From the NCBI GenBank assembly GCA_046045965.1, contig JBJOKS010000012.1:1-64000 (forward strand): a stretch of 64,000 bases of DNA. Reading direction: 5' to 3'. Within the stretch, counting starts at the first letter, position 1. Each line of letters opens with the position of its first letter. Below, piece by piece: positions 43,187 to 53,441 of this stretch. The notes beneath the pieces were generated by a model. That model did not search any database and was not told the origin of the DNA. It saw only the letters and a list, made by a program, of their open reading frames with translations. Source of the stretch: Cyanobacteriota bacterium. GTDB lineage: Bacteria > Cyanobacteriota > Cyanobacteriia > Cyanobacteriales > Nostocaceae. A program made the translations under genes and the position numbers.

Positions 43187-44131
43187 TTAGATTCTGGCGG
43201 TGGTTAATGATGTTAATTTCATGAATTTTCGCCCTAATCTTCTCCAGAAAGTGTCCCGCCATCCTGACCAAGATGTCATGTCAAGATATTGAAAAAATAA
43301 ATCTTTTTTCGGGTGTTTACACTCTGCTTGTAATCCTGCGTGCCAGGGTTTAGGAGAGCTAATAAAGTGAATAATGTAAGGCTTATGCAGCAGTTCCTCA
43401 TAAACATCTTCTGGGTAAGGACTCTCTTTCCAGGACGAATAATCATATATTCTGGGGAGTTGATTCCATCTCGGATGAATTTCTCGCCATTTACCTGCCA
43501 GAATTGCATTTAGACCATCTTGATCGTTGTATTTTACATATTCTTTATTCTGTTTTATATATTCAATTACTTTTTCTCCTATGTTGTCGCTGCGCCATTT
43601 TTTCAAGTTAATTACTAACATTCCAGCATTAAAATATTTAGAATCTGGATCAATTCCCAATTCTTGATAATTCTTTAATCCATCACAGGTTGATATGTAC
43701 ATCTGGACATCATCCTGAACCGCTAATACATAGTTATCTTCTATAGGAATATTCCATAATTCTTCCAAATTTCCCTGTACTACCATGTCGGTATCTAGAT
43801 AAATTGCTTTTTCACAATCTATGGGTAAAAGTTTAGGAATCAGGAGTCTATAATATGTAGCTGTTGTTAGATGTCCGACCAATACCAAATTATTTAACCG
43901 CGTATCATCTATCGGTAGCCAGGAAATATTAACTTGTGCTGATTTCACAGATTTAGTAATTCTATTTTTGTTATATTTACTAATACCTCCATCAAGAATG
44001 AATAACTCTATCTTGTGATTACTTTTGAAATTTGCAAGTGCTGAACGAATCATGACTGCTAGGGGCATGGCATAGTTATTATCAGCAGCACAGACAAGTG
44101 TAATCGGCTGAAGATTGAAGTTAATGGACAT
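43187..44131 (-). CDS. GT8 glycosyltransferase
   Basis: YLDTD, YFNAGML, DQDGLN and IIHF..PKPW motifs. Confidence 0.92.
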   Translation of the reverse strand: MSINFNLQPITLVCAADNNYAMPLAVMIRSALANFKSNHKIELFILDGGISKYNKNRITKSVKSAQVNISWLPIDDTRLNNLVLVGHLTTATYYRLLIPKLLPIDCEKAIYLDTDMVVQGNLEELWNIPIEDNYVLAVQDDVQMYISTCDGLKNYQELGIDPDSKYFNAGMLVINLKKWRSDNIGEKVIEYIKQNKEYVKYNDQDGLNAILAGKWREIHPRWNQLPRIYDYSSWKESPYPEDVYEELLHKPYIIHFISSPKPWHAGLQAECKHPKKDLFFQYLDMTSWSGWRDTFWRRLGRKFMKLTSLTTARI

Positions 44132-44278
44132 AATGAAAATCCTATAACTAACGTTGTTGAAGATGAAAATATGCTTGACAGCGACTGCAATAATAAGTGA
44201 TTAGGTATAATTTTCTTATTCACTTATTCTGGAGTAAATGAAGAGTATACCTGGTGAATATAGGCTAGATGCAAAAGG

Positions 44279-44439
44279 GAGAGCATCCCAAGAACAGCAA
44301 AAATCACGAGACTGAACGGAAAAAACTTTTAAGCTTTCTTCCCTTTGCGCTCTATGGGTTTTTGGCGTTAAGTTTTTTTATTTCCTGGATCAGTGATCAG
44401 CTCAGATAAAAAGTAAACTTACACATTTGGGATGCTCTC
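44279..44439. mobile_element. MITE-like element
   Basis: 13-bp TIR GAGAGCATCCCAA/TTGGGATGCTCTC. Confidence 0.65.
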
Positions 44440-44462
44440 GATGGCAAGTAATTAATCAAAAG

Positions 44463-45680
44463 TTAATTTTTTACTGCCATTTCTAGGAGGGGAGACTGTT
44501 GGGCAATTTTCTCTACAATTGCTTTGCCAATTTCTAGAGAAGAAGTTGCTGCGGGAGATGGTGCGTTGCAAACATGAATTGAGTTGTCACTTTGGATAAT
44601 TAAAAAATCATCTACTAGAGAACCATTATTCATTAATGCTTGAGCGCGAACTCCTGCATGGGTGGGTACTAAATCTTCGGCTTTAACTTCGGGAATTAGT
44701 TTTTGTAAACTGCTAACAAAGGCCGCTTTACTAAAGGAACGAATTATTTCTTGAATTCCTTCATCAGCGTGTTTTGCTGCTAGTTTCCAGAAACCAGGAT
44801 AGGTGATTACTTCTGCAAAGTCTTTTAAGTCAAAGTCGGTTTTTTTGTACCCTTCACGTTTGAGACTCAAGACTGCATTTGGTCCTGCATGAACGCTGTT
44901 ATCAATCATGCGGGTGAAATGGACACCTAGAAAGGGAAAATCAGGGTTAGGAACTGGATAAATGAGAGTTTTCACCAAATAGCGTTTTTCGGGGGTGAGT
45001 TCGTAATATTCGCCCCGAAAGGGGACAATTTTAGCTTCGGGGTTGGCTTTACCTAATTTTGCAATGCGATCGCTATGCAATCCGGCACAATTAATTACAA
45101 ATCTCGTTTCAAAACTACCCTGGTTAGTTTCTAATACTTGATTTTTCCCACTTTGGAATATTTGTAAAACTTTGGTATTGAGACGTAAATCTCCGCCTTG
45201 GTTTTTAATCAGTTCAGCGTATTTTAAACAAACTTGTTTGTAATTAACAATTCCTGTAGAAAATACCCGAATTCCACCAACACAACTCACATGAGGTTCA
45301 ATTTCTTTGACTTCTTCAGCACTAATTTTCTGCACTGCTATTCCATTATCTAAACCTCGTTGGTAGAGGTTTTCTAGCCGTGGTAGTTCTTGTGCATTTG
45401 TCGCCACAATTACTTTACCACAAATGTCATGTTCAATATCATGTTTCTGGCAGAATTCTACCATTGAGCTACTACCATCACGGCAAAATTGAGCTTTAAA
45501 GCTACCTGGTTTGTAGTAAATTCCTGAATGAATTACGCCGCTATTATTACCTGTTTGGTGAAATGCCCATTGACTTTCTTTTTCTAATACTAAAATCCGT
45601 GCATCAGGATAGCGTGATCCTAACGCCATTCCTGTAGAAAGTCCCACGATTCCCCCACCAATAATGGCAAAATCATACAT
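44463..45680 (-). CDS. lhgO: L-2-hydroxyglutarate oxidase family FAD-dependent oxidoreductase
   Basis: GGGIVG, HQTGNNSGVIHSGIYY, PFLGVHFT, NAPSPAATSS. Confidence 0.92.
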   Translation of the reverse strand: MYDFAIIGGGIVGLSTGMALGSRYPDARILVLEKESQWAFHQTGNNSGVIHSGIYYKPGSFKAQFCRDGSSSMVEFCQKHDIEHDICGKVIVATNAQELPRLENLYQRGLDNGIAVQKISAEEVKEIEPHVSCVGGIRVFSTGIVNYKQVCLKYAELIKNQGGDLRLNTKVLQIFQSGKNQVLETNQGSFETRFVINCAGLHSDRIAKLGKANPEAKIVPFRGEYYELTPEKRYLVKTLIYPVPNPDFPFLGVHFTRMIDNSVHAGPNAVLSLKREGYKKTDFDLKDFAEVITYPGFWKLAAKHADEGIQEIIRSFSKAAFVSSLQKLIPEVKAEDLVPTHAGVRAQALMNNGSLVDDFLIIQSDNSIHVCNAPSPAATSSLEIGKAIVEKIAQQSPLLEMAVKN

Positions 45681-45845
45681 TAGTAATTTTTCCCCAATCT
45701 AAAATTTAAACTTGCTATATCAGCTTTCAGCTATTAGTTGTCAGCTTGTTAGTACACTAAGAATCGCTATTTTAACATCTACTGATTGCTCAAATATTCT
45801 CACTTCTGACTCCTGAATCCTGACTCCTGACTTCTTACATTGCTA

Positions 45846-46619
45846 TTACCAAACCTTCCAAGGAGCTTGATCAGCTTTCCATAGATCCTCTAAGTAATTT
45901 TTATCTCTTAAAGTATCCATTGGTTGCCAAAAACCATTATGTTTGAAAGCTGATAACTCTTGCATATCAGCTAACTTTTCTAATGGTTCTTTCTCCCAAA
46001 CAGTAGTGTCATCAGTAATAAAGTTGATCACTTCAGGTTCTAAGACAAAATAACCGCCATTTATCCAAGCCCCATCACCTTCAGGTTTTTCTCGAAAACT
46101 AGCAATTTTCGTTTGTTCTTGTCCTAGAGAAATTGCACCAAACCTTCCTGCTGGTTGCACTGCGCTGAGTGTCGCTAATGTTTTTTGTTCTTGATGAAAT
46201 TTAATTAATTCCGTGATATTTACATCACTTACACCATCACCATAGGTAAAGCAAAATGTGTCATTACCAATATGTTCTCTAACTCTCTTTAAACGTCCAC
46301 CAGTCATGGTATTATCACCTGTGTTGACTAAGGTAACACGCCAAGGTTCCGCATATCCAGAATGTATACTCATTTGATTAAATCGCATATCAAAAGTCAC
46401 ATCTGACATATGTAAGAAGTAATTGGCAAAATACTCTTTGATGATGTAACCTTTATACCCACAACAGATGATAAATTCATTAATACCATGAGCCGAGTAT
46501 ATCTTCATGATATGCCAGAGAATGGGCTTACCTCCAATCTCAACCATCGGCTTCGGTCTGATACTAGTTTCTTCACTGAGGCGTGTACCAAGACCCCCAG
46601 CCAAAATTACTGCTTTCAT
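45846..46619 (-). CDS. rfbF: Glucose-1-phosphate cytidylyltransferase
   Basis: LAGGLGTRLSEET..PKPMVEIG; GFWQPMDTLRDK. Confidence 0.95.
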   Translation of the reverse strand: MKAVILAGGLGTRLSEETSIRPKPMVEIGGKPILWHIMKIYSAHGINEFIICCGYKGYIIKEYFANYFLHMSDVTFDMRFNQMSIHSGYAEPWRVTLVNTGDNTMTGGRLKRVREHIGNDTFCFTYGDGVSDVNITELIKFHQEQKTLATLSAVQPAGRFGAISLGQEQTKIASFREKPEGDGAWINGGYFVLEPEVINFITDDTTVWEKEPLEKLADMQELSAFKHNGFWQPMDTLRDKNYLEDLWKADQAPWKVW

Positions 46620-47071
46620 GTAATTACCTCAAAGATTTGCTGGTCGGTGATGATTTGAGTTTTTTGGGATGAAGAGGATGCACAAGAAATAGAGAAAAAA
46701 TAAATTTTTGCAAGAATTTAGGAGTCAGTAGAGACGTGCCGCCGGAACACCTCTACAAAACCGAAAAGCTTGTACAGAAGCCATGATGCTTGTATTAATA
46801 ATCTCAACAATAGATACAGCGTTTTGCAGCAAAAGAGTTTTACTGCTGACCACTCACCGCTGTTGTATTTGCTGAAATTCATCATTTCCATAGCTGCAAG
46901 CATCATTCATTCTGTAATTTGAATCCTTGACGAATTTTTATATGTTTTTCTCTACAAAGAATCTAGAAATAATTTAACTGTAAAATGCTGAAAATTTATG
47001 AAGAAAAAGTAAATTTAAAATAAGTTCTCTGTAAAAAAATTATGAATACCAGTATTTAAATTTCAGCTTTA

Positions 47072-47175
<104 letters not shown>

Positions 47176-47251
47176 ACAACAAAAAAAGCAACCAAGATCA
47201 AATCACTAGTACAGGTTGGCGTAAATAAACCAACCATTCTATCAGCAGGGT

Positions 47252-49447
47252 TTAACGGTTGAGAGGGTCAAACATAGTTGAGCTTTGGAATAAAGCATCA
47301 CATCTTTTGGATACAATTACACAAATGCTGCTGAGTGCTTGCTGGTAGTTATCCATGTCTTTTTGTTCCAGGTAAATTTGAGCCGATTTTTCTAAATCTT
47401 CAATGGCTTTTGCTTGGTTTTCTTGAGATTTAGTTTCCCCATATTGGGCTAACTCATAATGAACCATTCCCCGTTTGAGGTAAACCTGAGCCATGCGGGG
47501 ATTGATATTTAATGCTTCGTTAAAATCTGCAATTGCCTGTTTATATATTTGAGTGTAATTACTACTATATTGGGCAAATTGATAACGAGCAAGACCACGC
47601 TGAAAGTAAGCTTCTGCTTTGGAAGTATTAAGTTGAATTGCTTCGGTAAAATCCGCAATTGATTTTTGGTATTCTTGTTGAAAATTCTGGCTATATTTAG
47701 CTATTTGCGAACGAACAATACCTCGTCTGATATAAGCTTCGGTGTCACGCTCATTAATGTTGATAGCAGTATTAAAGTTTTGGATAGCTTTCTTATACTC
47801 TTGGTCAGGATCATTACTATAGTCGGCCAGCATAAAATAGGCATTGCCCCGATTCACAAAAGCTTTGACTTCCTGCGGATTAATTTTCAGAGCTTGGTTA
47901 TAGTCTGCCAATGCTCCTTCATAATCGTTCAAGTTGTAGCGAGCATTGCCACGATTGATATACAGTTTAGAAAAATTAGGATTTTTTTTGATACCTTGGG
48001 TAAAATTTTCAATTGCTTGCTCATAGTCTTGCTTTTGATAAGCAGCATTACCACGGTCATAGTAATCTACAAAAGTGAGACTTTCATCTTGATGAATATT
48101 CTTGTTTTGATTAGGCATCAAGCTTTGTTGAGTGTAAGGATTTTGAGAAACAAAGGGACGAGTAAATTTGATCATTATGTCCAAATACCCCAATAATCCC
48201 AAACCCAACAGGCTAAACATAATAGTATAAAATCTTGATTTGTTGGACTTTTTGGCAGCTTGATAAGCAGAAAAGTTTGGGTTAAATACTGGTTGCCAAT
48301 GATGTAGATGAGATGCGGGAATAGCTGGTCTGCGTACACGAGGAGTATGTGTTGGGCGCTTTCTAGATTTTCGGCGGGGTTTGAGATGTTCCTTAGCAGC
48401 GATCGCCTTCAGTGATGGAAAAGGATCACGTCCACCTAACTGGGCGGTACGTTCACACCAAGGACACTTGTCAAGATGATTATGGTAGAGATGCTGGGGG
48501 TTAACAGCACAAGTAACAAGACTTTCTTCAGCTGTAATTAGGGCTGACAACCAAGTTTGAGCCGTAGGACGTAAATGCGGGTTGTGATGCCCATCCTCAA
48601 AACAACGCACAAACAAATCCCGTAAACCAGGATGGAGCTTTTCCCAAGCCGGTGCTATGGGGGTAGGCAAATAGGGAACTTGTTGCTTTTGACTGTAAGT
48701 AAAATGACCTGCAACTATTCTGGCTTCGTAAGTGGGTGGATCAAACAGACCTTGAAAAATCCCAGAAAATGGGTGAGTTCCTTCCATTAATAATTGAAAG
48801 ATCAGCACCGCTAACCCAAATAAATCATGAGAAATTTCACGATCATATTCAGCAAAAGTTTTATTCTGTAGTTCTGGGGGAGTATACTCTGGTTTACCGA
48901 CTGAACAACGATAGACAATATTTTGCTCTCTTTCACGAACTTGGAATGAGTCTGTGTCTACCAAAGTAACTAAGGCGGCATCACTAACTAAAATATTGGA
49001 CTCATTGACATCACCAATGCAGTATTGACTTGTGTGTAAAGCTGCAAAAGCTGCTGCCAAATTACGGGCTGCCCTGAGTAAATACTGATAATTAAATAAA
49101 GGACAATTTTGACGACGGTTTCCCGGATTATAAAAGTCCATGATCGGCCGCATCCCTCGAATACGCGGCATTAAAAAGCCGATGATACTACCACTGCCAT
49201 CGGCAGCTTGTAACAACTCTTGTGGCCACGCAATGGAAATATGCCCCAAATTAGCTGTTGGGTTTTCTGGGGGGTTGGCAATCATCGCTTGAAGTTTGTG
49301 GGCATGAGTCAGAATTGGCTTATGATAGATTTTGGCCACTAAATTTTCATCTGATGGCACTGCATAGACACAAGCTTCACCGCCACGCCCCAAATTGACT
49401 GTGAGATTGAGAATTTCCGGCTGGGGAAGAGAACGTAGTACCTGCAT
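47252..49447 (-). CDS. Ser/Thr kinase-like (YegI/TerY-P type) protein with a TM helix and C-terminal TPR repeats
   Basis: LGRGGEA, VAKIY, GDVNESNIL, DTDS, GKPEYTPPE; TPR repeats. Confidence 0.88.
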   Translation of the reverse strand: MQVLRSLPQPEILNLTVNLGRGGEACVYAVPSDENLVAKIYHKPILTHAHKLQAMIANPPENPTANLGHISIAWPQELLQAADGSGSIIGFLMPRIRGMRPIMDFYNPGNRRQNCPLFNYQYLLRAARNLAAAFAALHTSQYCIGDVNESNILVSDAALVTLVDTDSFQVREREQNIVYRCSVGKPEYTPPELQNKTFAEYDREISHDLFGLAVLIFQLLMEGTHPFSGIFQGLFDPPTYEARIVAGHFTYSQKQQVPYLPTPIAPAWEKLHPGLRDLFVRCFEDGHHNPHLRPTAQTWLSALITAEESLVTCAVNPQHLYHNHLDKCPWCERTAQLGGRDPFPSLKAIAAKEHLKPRRKSRKRPTHTPRVRRPAIPASHLHHWQPVFNPNFSAYQAAKKSNKSRFYTIMFSLLGLGLLGYLDIMIKFTRPFVSQNPYTQQSLMPNQNKNIHQDESLTFVDYYDRGNAAYQKQDYEQAIENFTQGIKKNPNFSKLYINRGNARYNLNDYEGALADYNQALKINPQEVKAFVNRGNAYFMLADYSNDPDQEYKKAIQNFNTAININERDTEAYIRRGIVRSQIAKYSQNFQQEYQKSIADFTEAIQLNTSKAEAYFQRGLARYQFAQYSSNYTQIYKQAIADFNEALNINPRMAQVYLKRGMVHYELAQYGETKSQENQAKAIEDLEKSAQIYLEQKDMDNYQQALSSICVIVSKRCDALFQSSTMFDPLNR

Positions 49448-49601
49448 AGTGGAATTACGGTTAACAGTGGTTATGGAAAGGGACTGGGGATTGAGTTACA
49501 AACGACCCATTGGATCGTCTCTACGGAATGGAAGATTGGAAAAAGGCTGATCCTGAACCTTACAGCTTGCACCCTAAACCCTACCCAATAAACATTGTTC
49601 A

Positions 49602-50381
49602 TCAATTGTTTAATGCTGCTAATACCAAAGTCAAATCATCATCAGTGCGTTTTGTAATTCTTTCAGAACATAAAAACTTTACTAATTGCTCTTTAGCTAT
49701 CATTTTATCTTCAGCATTGGCTACAAAGTCAAATAAAGGAAAAAAGAATGGTTTATGAGGTTCACCAACCAGCATATTTAAAGCCAGCATTTGTAGTCCA
49801 TCGGTGAGAACACCAATATTAACTATGTTATGACGCAATATTTTGATTTGGGTTGTAGCTAAAGCATCAGGTGAAGTCAAAAATGTGGTTTCATTAATGT
49901 ATTCACCGCTGTTGGGGATAGTTAGCGCCTGTAAGTTACCTGTGCTATCCTTGGCCACAGCTAAACCATCTCCGATTTGAGCTACTGCTGCAATTTTTGG
50001 TGTGGCGATCGCAATAATTAAGGTGGTTGCTAAATCAGATGGCTGATGTTTGGAAACCTCTGCTTCATTTTCTACTGCTTTTTGAGCGGCTAACATCGTC
50101 TGGGTTAGCAGATCACGCAAAAGATGATCATCAGCCAGGATGCTGTGAGTATCTTCGCAGTTCGAGATATGTTCTATTGCTGTTTCTACCGCTATCATCG
50201 CTCCCACTTTTCCCAAAGTTGCTGAACCAGCCCCATCTGCGGCTGCTATCACTAACAGATTATTTGGCAATATCTGCCAATGGTGAGCATCCTGGCACAA
50301 CTGCTGGTTTTTGATGTGGCTAGTCCCACATACAGAAGCGGCTACTATCCGCCATTGAGGAATTTGTTTTGGTGTGTTCAT
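49602..50381 (-). CDS. PP2C-like phosphatase (YegK/TerY-P type)
   Basis: G.SH, CQDA, ADGAGS, TDG and DDDLT motifs; ATG at 50381 preferred. Confidence 0.9.
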   Translation of the reverse strand: MNTPKQIPQWRIVAASVCGTSHIKNQQLCQDAHHWQILPNNLLVIAAADGAGSATLGKVGAMIAVETAIEHISNCEDTHSILADDHLLRDLLTQTMLAAQKAVENEAEVSKHQPSDLATTLIIAIATPKIAAVAQIGDGLAVAKDSTGNLQALTIPNSGEYINETTFLTSPDALATTQIKILRHNIVNIGVLTDGLQMLALNMLVGEPHKPFFFPLFDFVANAEDKMIAKEQLVKFLCSERITKRTDDDLTLVLAALNN

Positions 50382-50569
50382 AAATTTGTTCTCACAGCTA
50401 TAGCAGGTGACAGGTGACAGGGAACAGGTGATCGGTGACAGAGTTGAACGTCTGTTTGTATTTTCAGTTTTGTCCATACCTACTGTACGTTGACACGTTG
50501 GCGTTAACCGTGCGTTAGCACTACAGTTGATGTCCTCACCACCTTGTTTGTTGCTATAACTGCTAACTT

Positions 50570-51244
50570 TTAAACAGACCCCCAACCAATTGGTGGTAGT
50601 GCTACTTGCTCATCTACCTGGGAATGGGAGACGGCTGACATACTCGCAGAAAGCCAAACAAACATTTCAATAAAGTTTAATCCTTGAAGTTTGAGGGGAG
50701 TACGCACCGCTATTTGATTTAAACGGTTCATGTTGGCATTTTCTACTCCTACCGTAAAAAAAGCTACACGTTTATTTGCTTCGTCTCCTTGCAGACGCTG
50801 TATTGCTTGTTCTATAACATCATCTAGCTCACCTTGCGGCTCACCATCTGTAATCATAAATACCCAAGGACGGTAGTACGCAATGCCATTAGCACGATAT
50901 TGGGATTTGCGTTCTTGAATTATTTCTAACGATTTATGAATTCCTGCCCCCATTGTCGTTAGTCCTTGGGCTGTTAGAATAGGTGGGTTGAATTGGTCTG
51001 CGGTGACAAAATCTTGCACAACATTGACATGACTATCAAAAGTAACAATTGCTACTTCCACCCTTCTGGCTGCCAAGGAATTTTTTACCAGTTCATCCTT
51101 AAAAGTCAATAAGCCCTGATTTAAAGCCTCAATCCGTTCTCCTTGCATGGAGCCAGATGTGTCTAGCAATAGCACGCACGGGCAACGAGGTTCAGGGTTT
51201 TCTGCAAATTCTACGATTTCATCTAGTTTTAGTGTATCCAGCAT
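50570..51244 (-). CDS. vWA domain protein (YegL/TerY-like)
   Basis: LLLDTSGSM MIDAS motif, RPWVFMITDGEP. Confidence 0.92.
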   Translation of the reverse strand: MLDTLKLDEIVEFAENPEPRCPCVLLLDTSGSMQGERIEALNQGLLTFKDELVKNSLAARRVEVAIVTFDSHVNVVQDFVTADQFNPPILTAQGLTTMGAGIHKSLEIIQERKSQYRANGIAYYRPWVFMITDGEPQGELDDVIEQAIQRLQGDEANKRVAFFTVGVENANMNRLNQIAVRTPLKLQGLNFIEMFVWLSASMSAVSHSQVDEQVALPPIGWGSV

Positions 51245-51860
51245 AACCTTTTGTGTTATGTTATAGTCCAACGTTTTAATTTCCTTTTCTCAAAGTATAT
51301 AGTTTGCCAGACTAATGCGACTACAAGTATGGTATTTGGCAGTAGATGGATGAAAATTCATCTATCAACCTATTCTCATTAAATAGTCTATTTCAGGAAA
51401 CTTGATCATCACCATATAGTTTAGTTAAAGCCAATTGTTCGGGGGGTGAACATTATTTATTTGGGCGCAGTTACCATCATTTATCTGCAAATAAATAAGA
51501 ATATAATATTCAATATATCCATTGACAATAAATAAGAATTTAAAGATTTTATGTGGAAAATTTGCTAATTATCAACCACTCAGTAAACATAATTAATGCA
51601 GCAATTTGATAATGGACACACTGTAAAAATGAAACCTGATAATTTGTATCACCTTGGCAATACGAACACAGTTGACGGTCTAGTAGTATTATGTAACCAA
51701 AAGAGGGGTAATTGATATAGCTTGAGATAGATATATTAATTTCCTAATCCATAATTAGTTGGTTTATAGATAACTATGAGAAGAAAGACATATTGAATCC
51801 TAACCTGAAATTTATTCTGTCTCCATCCTAAGTCAATTTTTCGGAAAAAACTGTAAAAAT

Positions 51861-53225
51861 ATGAATAATACTGGCACATTTACCAAACTATCTCCTGAAA
51901 GTTTATTAAGACAGTTAACCAATTCTTCTGACACTACTTGTTTACAAGTCCTGAACAATTCAGTGTTATGGTCTATATACTTAGATCAGGGAAAAATCCT
52001 CTATGCCACCCATTCAGTAGAACCCTTTGATAGACTGGAACGGCATCTGCGTCGTCTGGGCCAGCAAATTCCCTTACTAACTAATGAGATTCGTGTACAA
52101 TTACGCATGACGTTTGAAGCTGAGGGTCCAACTCAGTTCAGCGAACCTCGTGATGATAATCCCAGCCAACCGCCGGAATATCAAGCTATTCACTGGCTTG
52201 TTACTGAAAAACATCTACTCTCTCACCATGCAGCATTATTGATTCAAGAGTTAGTCAAAGAAGTGATTGAATCTTTTTTGCTGATTCGAGAAGGAACTTA
52301 TGAATTAACAGCACCAGTTAATAGCTTACCTAAAATTTGCAGGCTGGATGTGGAAAATATCATGGAACGCTGCCACAAGCGGTTACAAAATTGGCAGTCT
52401 TTCGCTCCCCAAATCTCTTCTCCCTATCAGCGTCCATACCTGTTGATTAACAGTAGATTCTATGATAAGCAACTACCAGAACTACAGCAAAATATCACTA
52501 CCTGGATGAAGGGTTTTAGCCTACGTCATTTGGCGGTAATTATGAATCTGGATGAGGTGGAACTGGCTCGAACTTTATACCCACATATCCTTCAGGGTTC
52601 GATTATTTTACATGAACCAGACCCCCCATTTGATAAATTACCTAAAACCTTTGAAGATGTTTTACTAGCTCCTCGATACAGCACAATCAGAATTAATGGC
52701 AAATCGTTTAAGGTAGAAGCATCACCATCCACTACCCTGGGAGAGAACCCTATACCTCAAGTTTCTGCTTTACCAAAAGAAAACCTTGAGCAATCAACCA
52801 TACCAAATAACATACAAGCTGATGGGGAAAACGTAAACGCTGCTACCATAACGGCTAAAAAACCCTACAAAATTATTTCTGTCGATGATAGTCCGACAGT
52901 TCTCAAAGAAATAAGTCGTTGTTTGGAAGATGAAAATGTTGCTGTAGTGACTATTAATGATCCAATCAAAGCGGTGATGTCCATTATTAGGCACAAACCC
53001 GATTTAATTTTGTTGGATCTGAGTATGGCGGGAATTGATGGTTATGAGTTATGCCGAATTATTCGCAATAATTCCATGTTTAAGGAAATTCCCATTATTT
53101 TCGTTACTGGTAGTAAGGGAATTGTTGATAAGGTAAAAGCAAGAATGGTAGGAGCTTCTGGTTATTTAACTAAACCTTTTACTCGTGCTGAATTGTTAAA
53201 GATGATTTTTATGCACTTGGCATAA
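51861..53225 (+). CDS. PatA-family response regulator (PATAN + receiver domain)
   Basis: N-terminal WSIYLDQGKILYATHS PATAN-like region; C-terminal receiver (VDDS, LLD, KPF). Confidence 0.88.
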   Translation: MNNTGTFTKLSPESLLRQLTNSSDTTCLQVLNNSVLWSIYLDQGKILYATHSVEPFDRLERHLRRLGQQIPLLTNEIRVQLRMTFEAEGPTQFSEPRDDNPSQPPEYQAIHWLVTEKHLLSHHAALLIQELVKEVIESFLLIREGTYELTAPVNSLPKICRLDVENIMERCHKRLQNWQSFAPQISSPYQRPYLLINSRFYDKQLPELQQNITTWMKGFSLRHLAVIMNLDEVELARTLYPHILQGSIILHEPDPPFDKLPKTFEDVLLAPRYSTIRINGKSFKVEASPSTTLGENPIPQVSALPKENLEQSTIPNNIQADGENVNAATITAKKPYKIISVDDSPTVLKEISRCLEDENVAVVTINDPIKAVMSIIRHKPDLILLDLSMAGIDGYELCRIIRNNSMFKEIPIIFVTGSKGIVDKVKARMVGASGYLTKPFTRAELLKMIFMHLA

Positions 53226-53230
53226 AAGTT

Positions 53231-53432
53231 ACTGGTGACTGGGGACTGGGGACTGGTGACTGGTGACTGGGGACTGGGGACTGGTGACTGGTGACTGGGT
53301 TATTAACTTCCCTTTCTTCCCCTACCTCCCCTGCTTCCCCTGCTTCCCCTACCTCCCCTGCTTCCCCTACCTCCCCTGCTTCCTTTTCTTCCCCTGCTTC
53401 CCCTACCTCCCCTATTCCCTATTCCCTATTCC
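53231..53432. repeat. Compound STRR array (ACTGG[G/T]G)n, 9-bp (C[T/C]TCCCCT[G/A])n and (CCCTATT)n
   Basis: Directly visible. Confidence 0.9.
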
Positions 53433-53441
53433 CTGAGAACT

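Noticed and set aside
50382..50585. N-terminal extension of the PP2C ORF
   Set aside because: It runs through a repeat element (PITCSLSPVTC from STRR); ATG 50381 is the more plausible start
51861..53225. Calling this gene patA itself
   Set aside because: Length and context suggest a PatA-family paralogue; orthology cannot be established here
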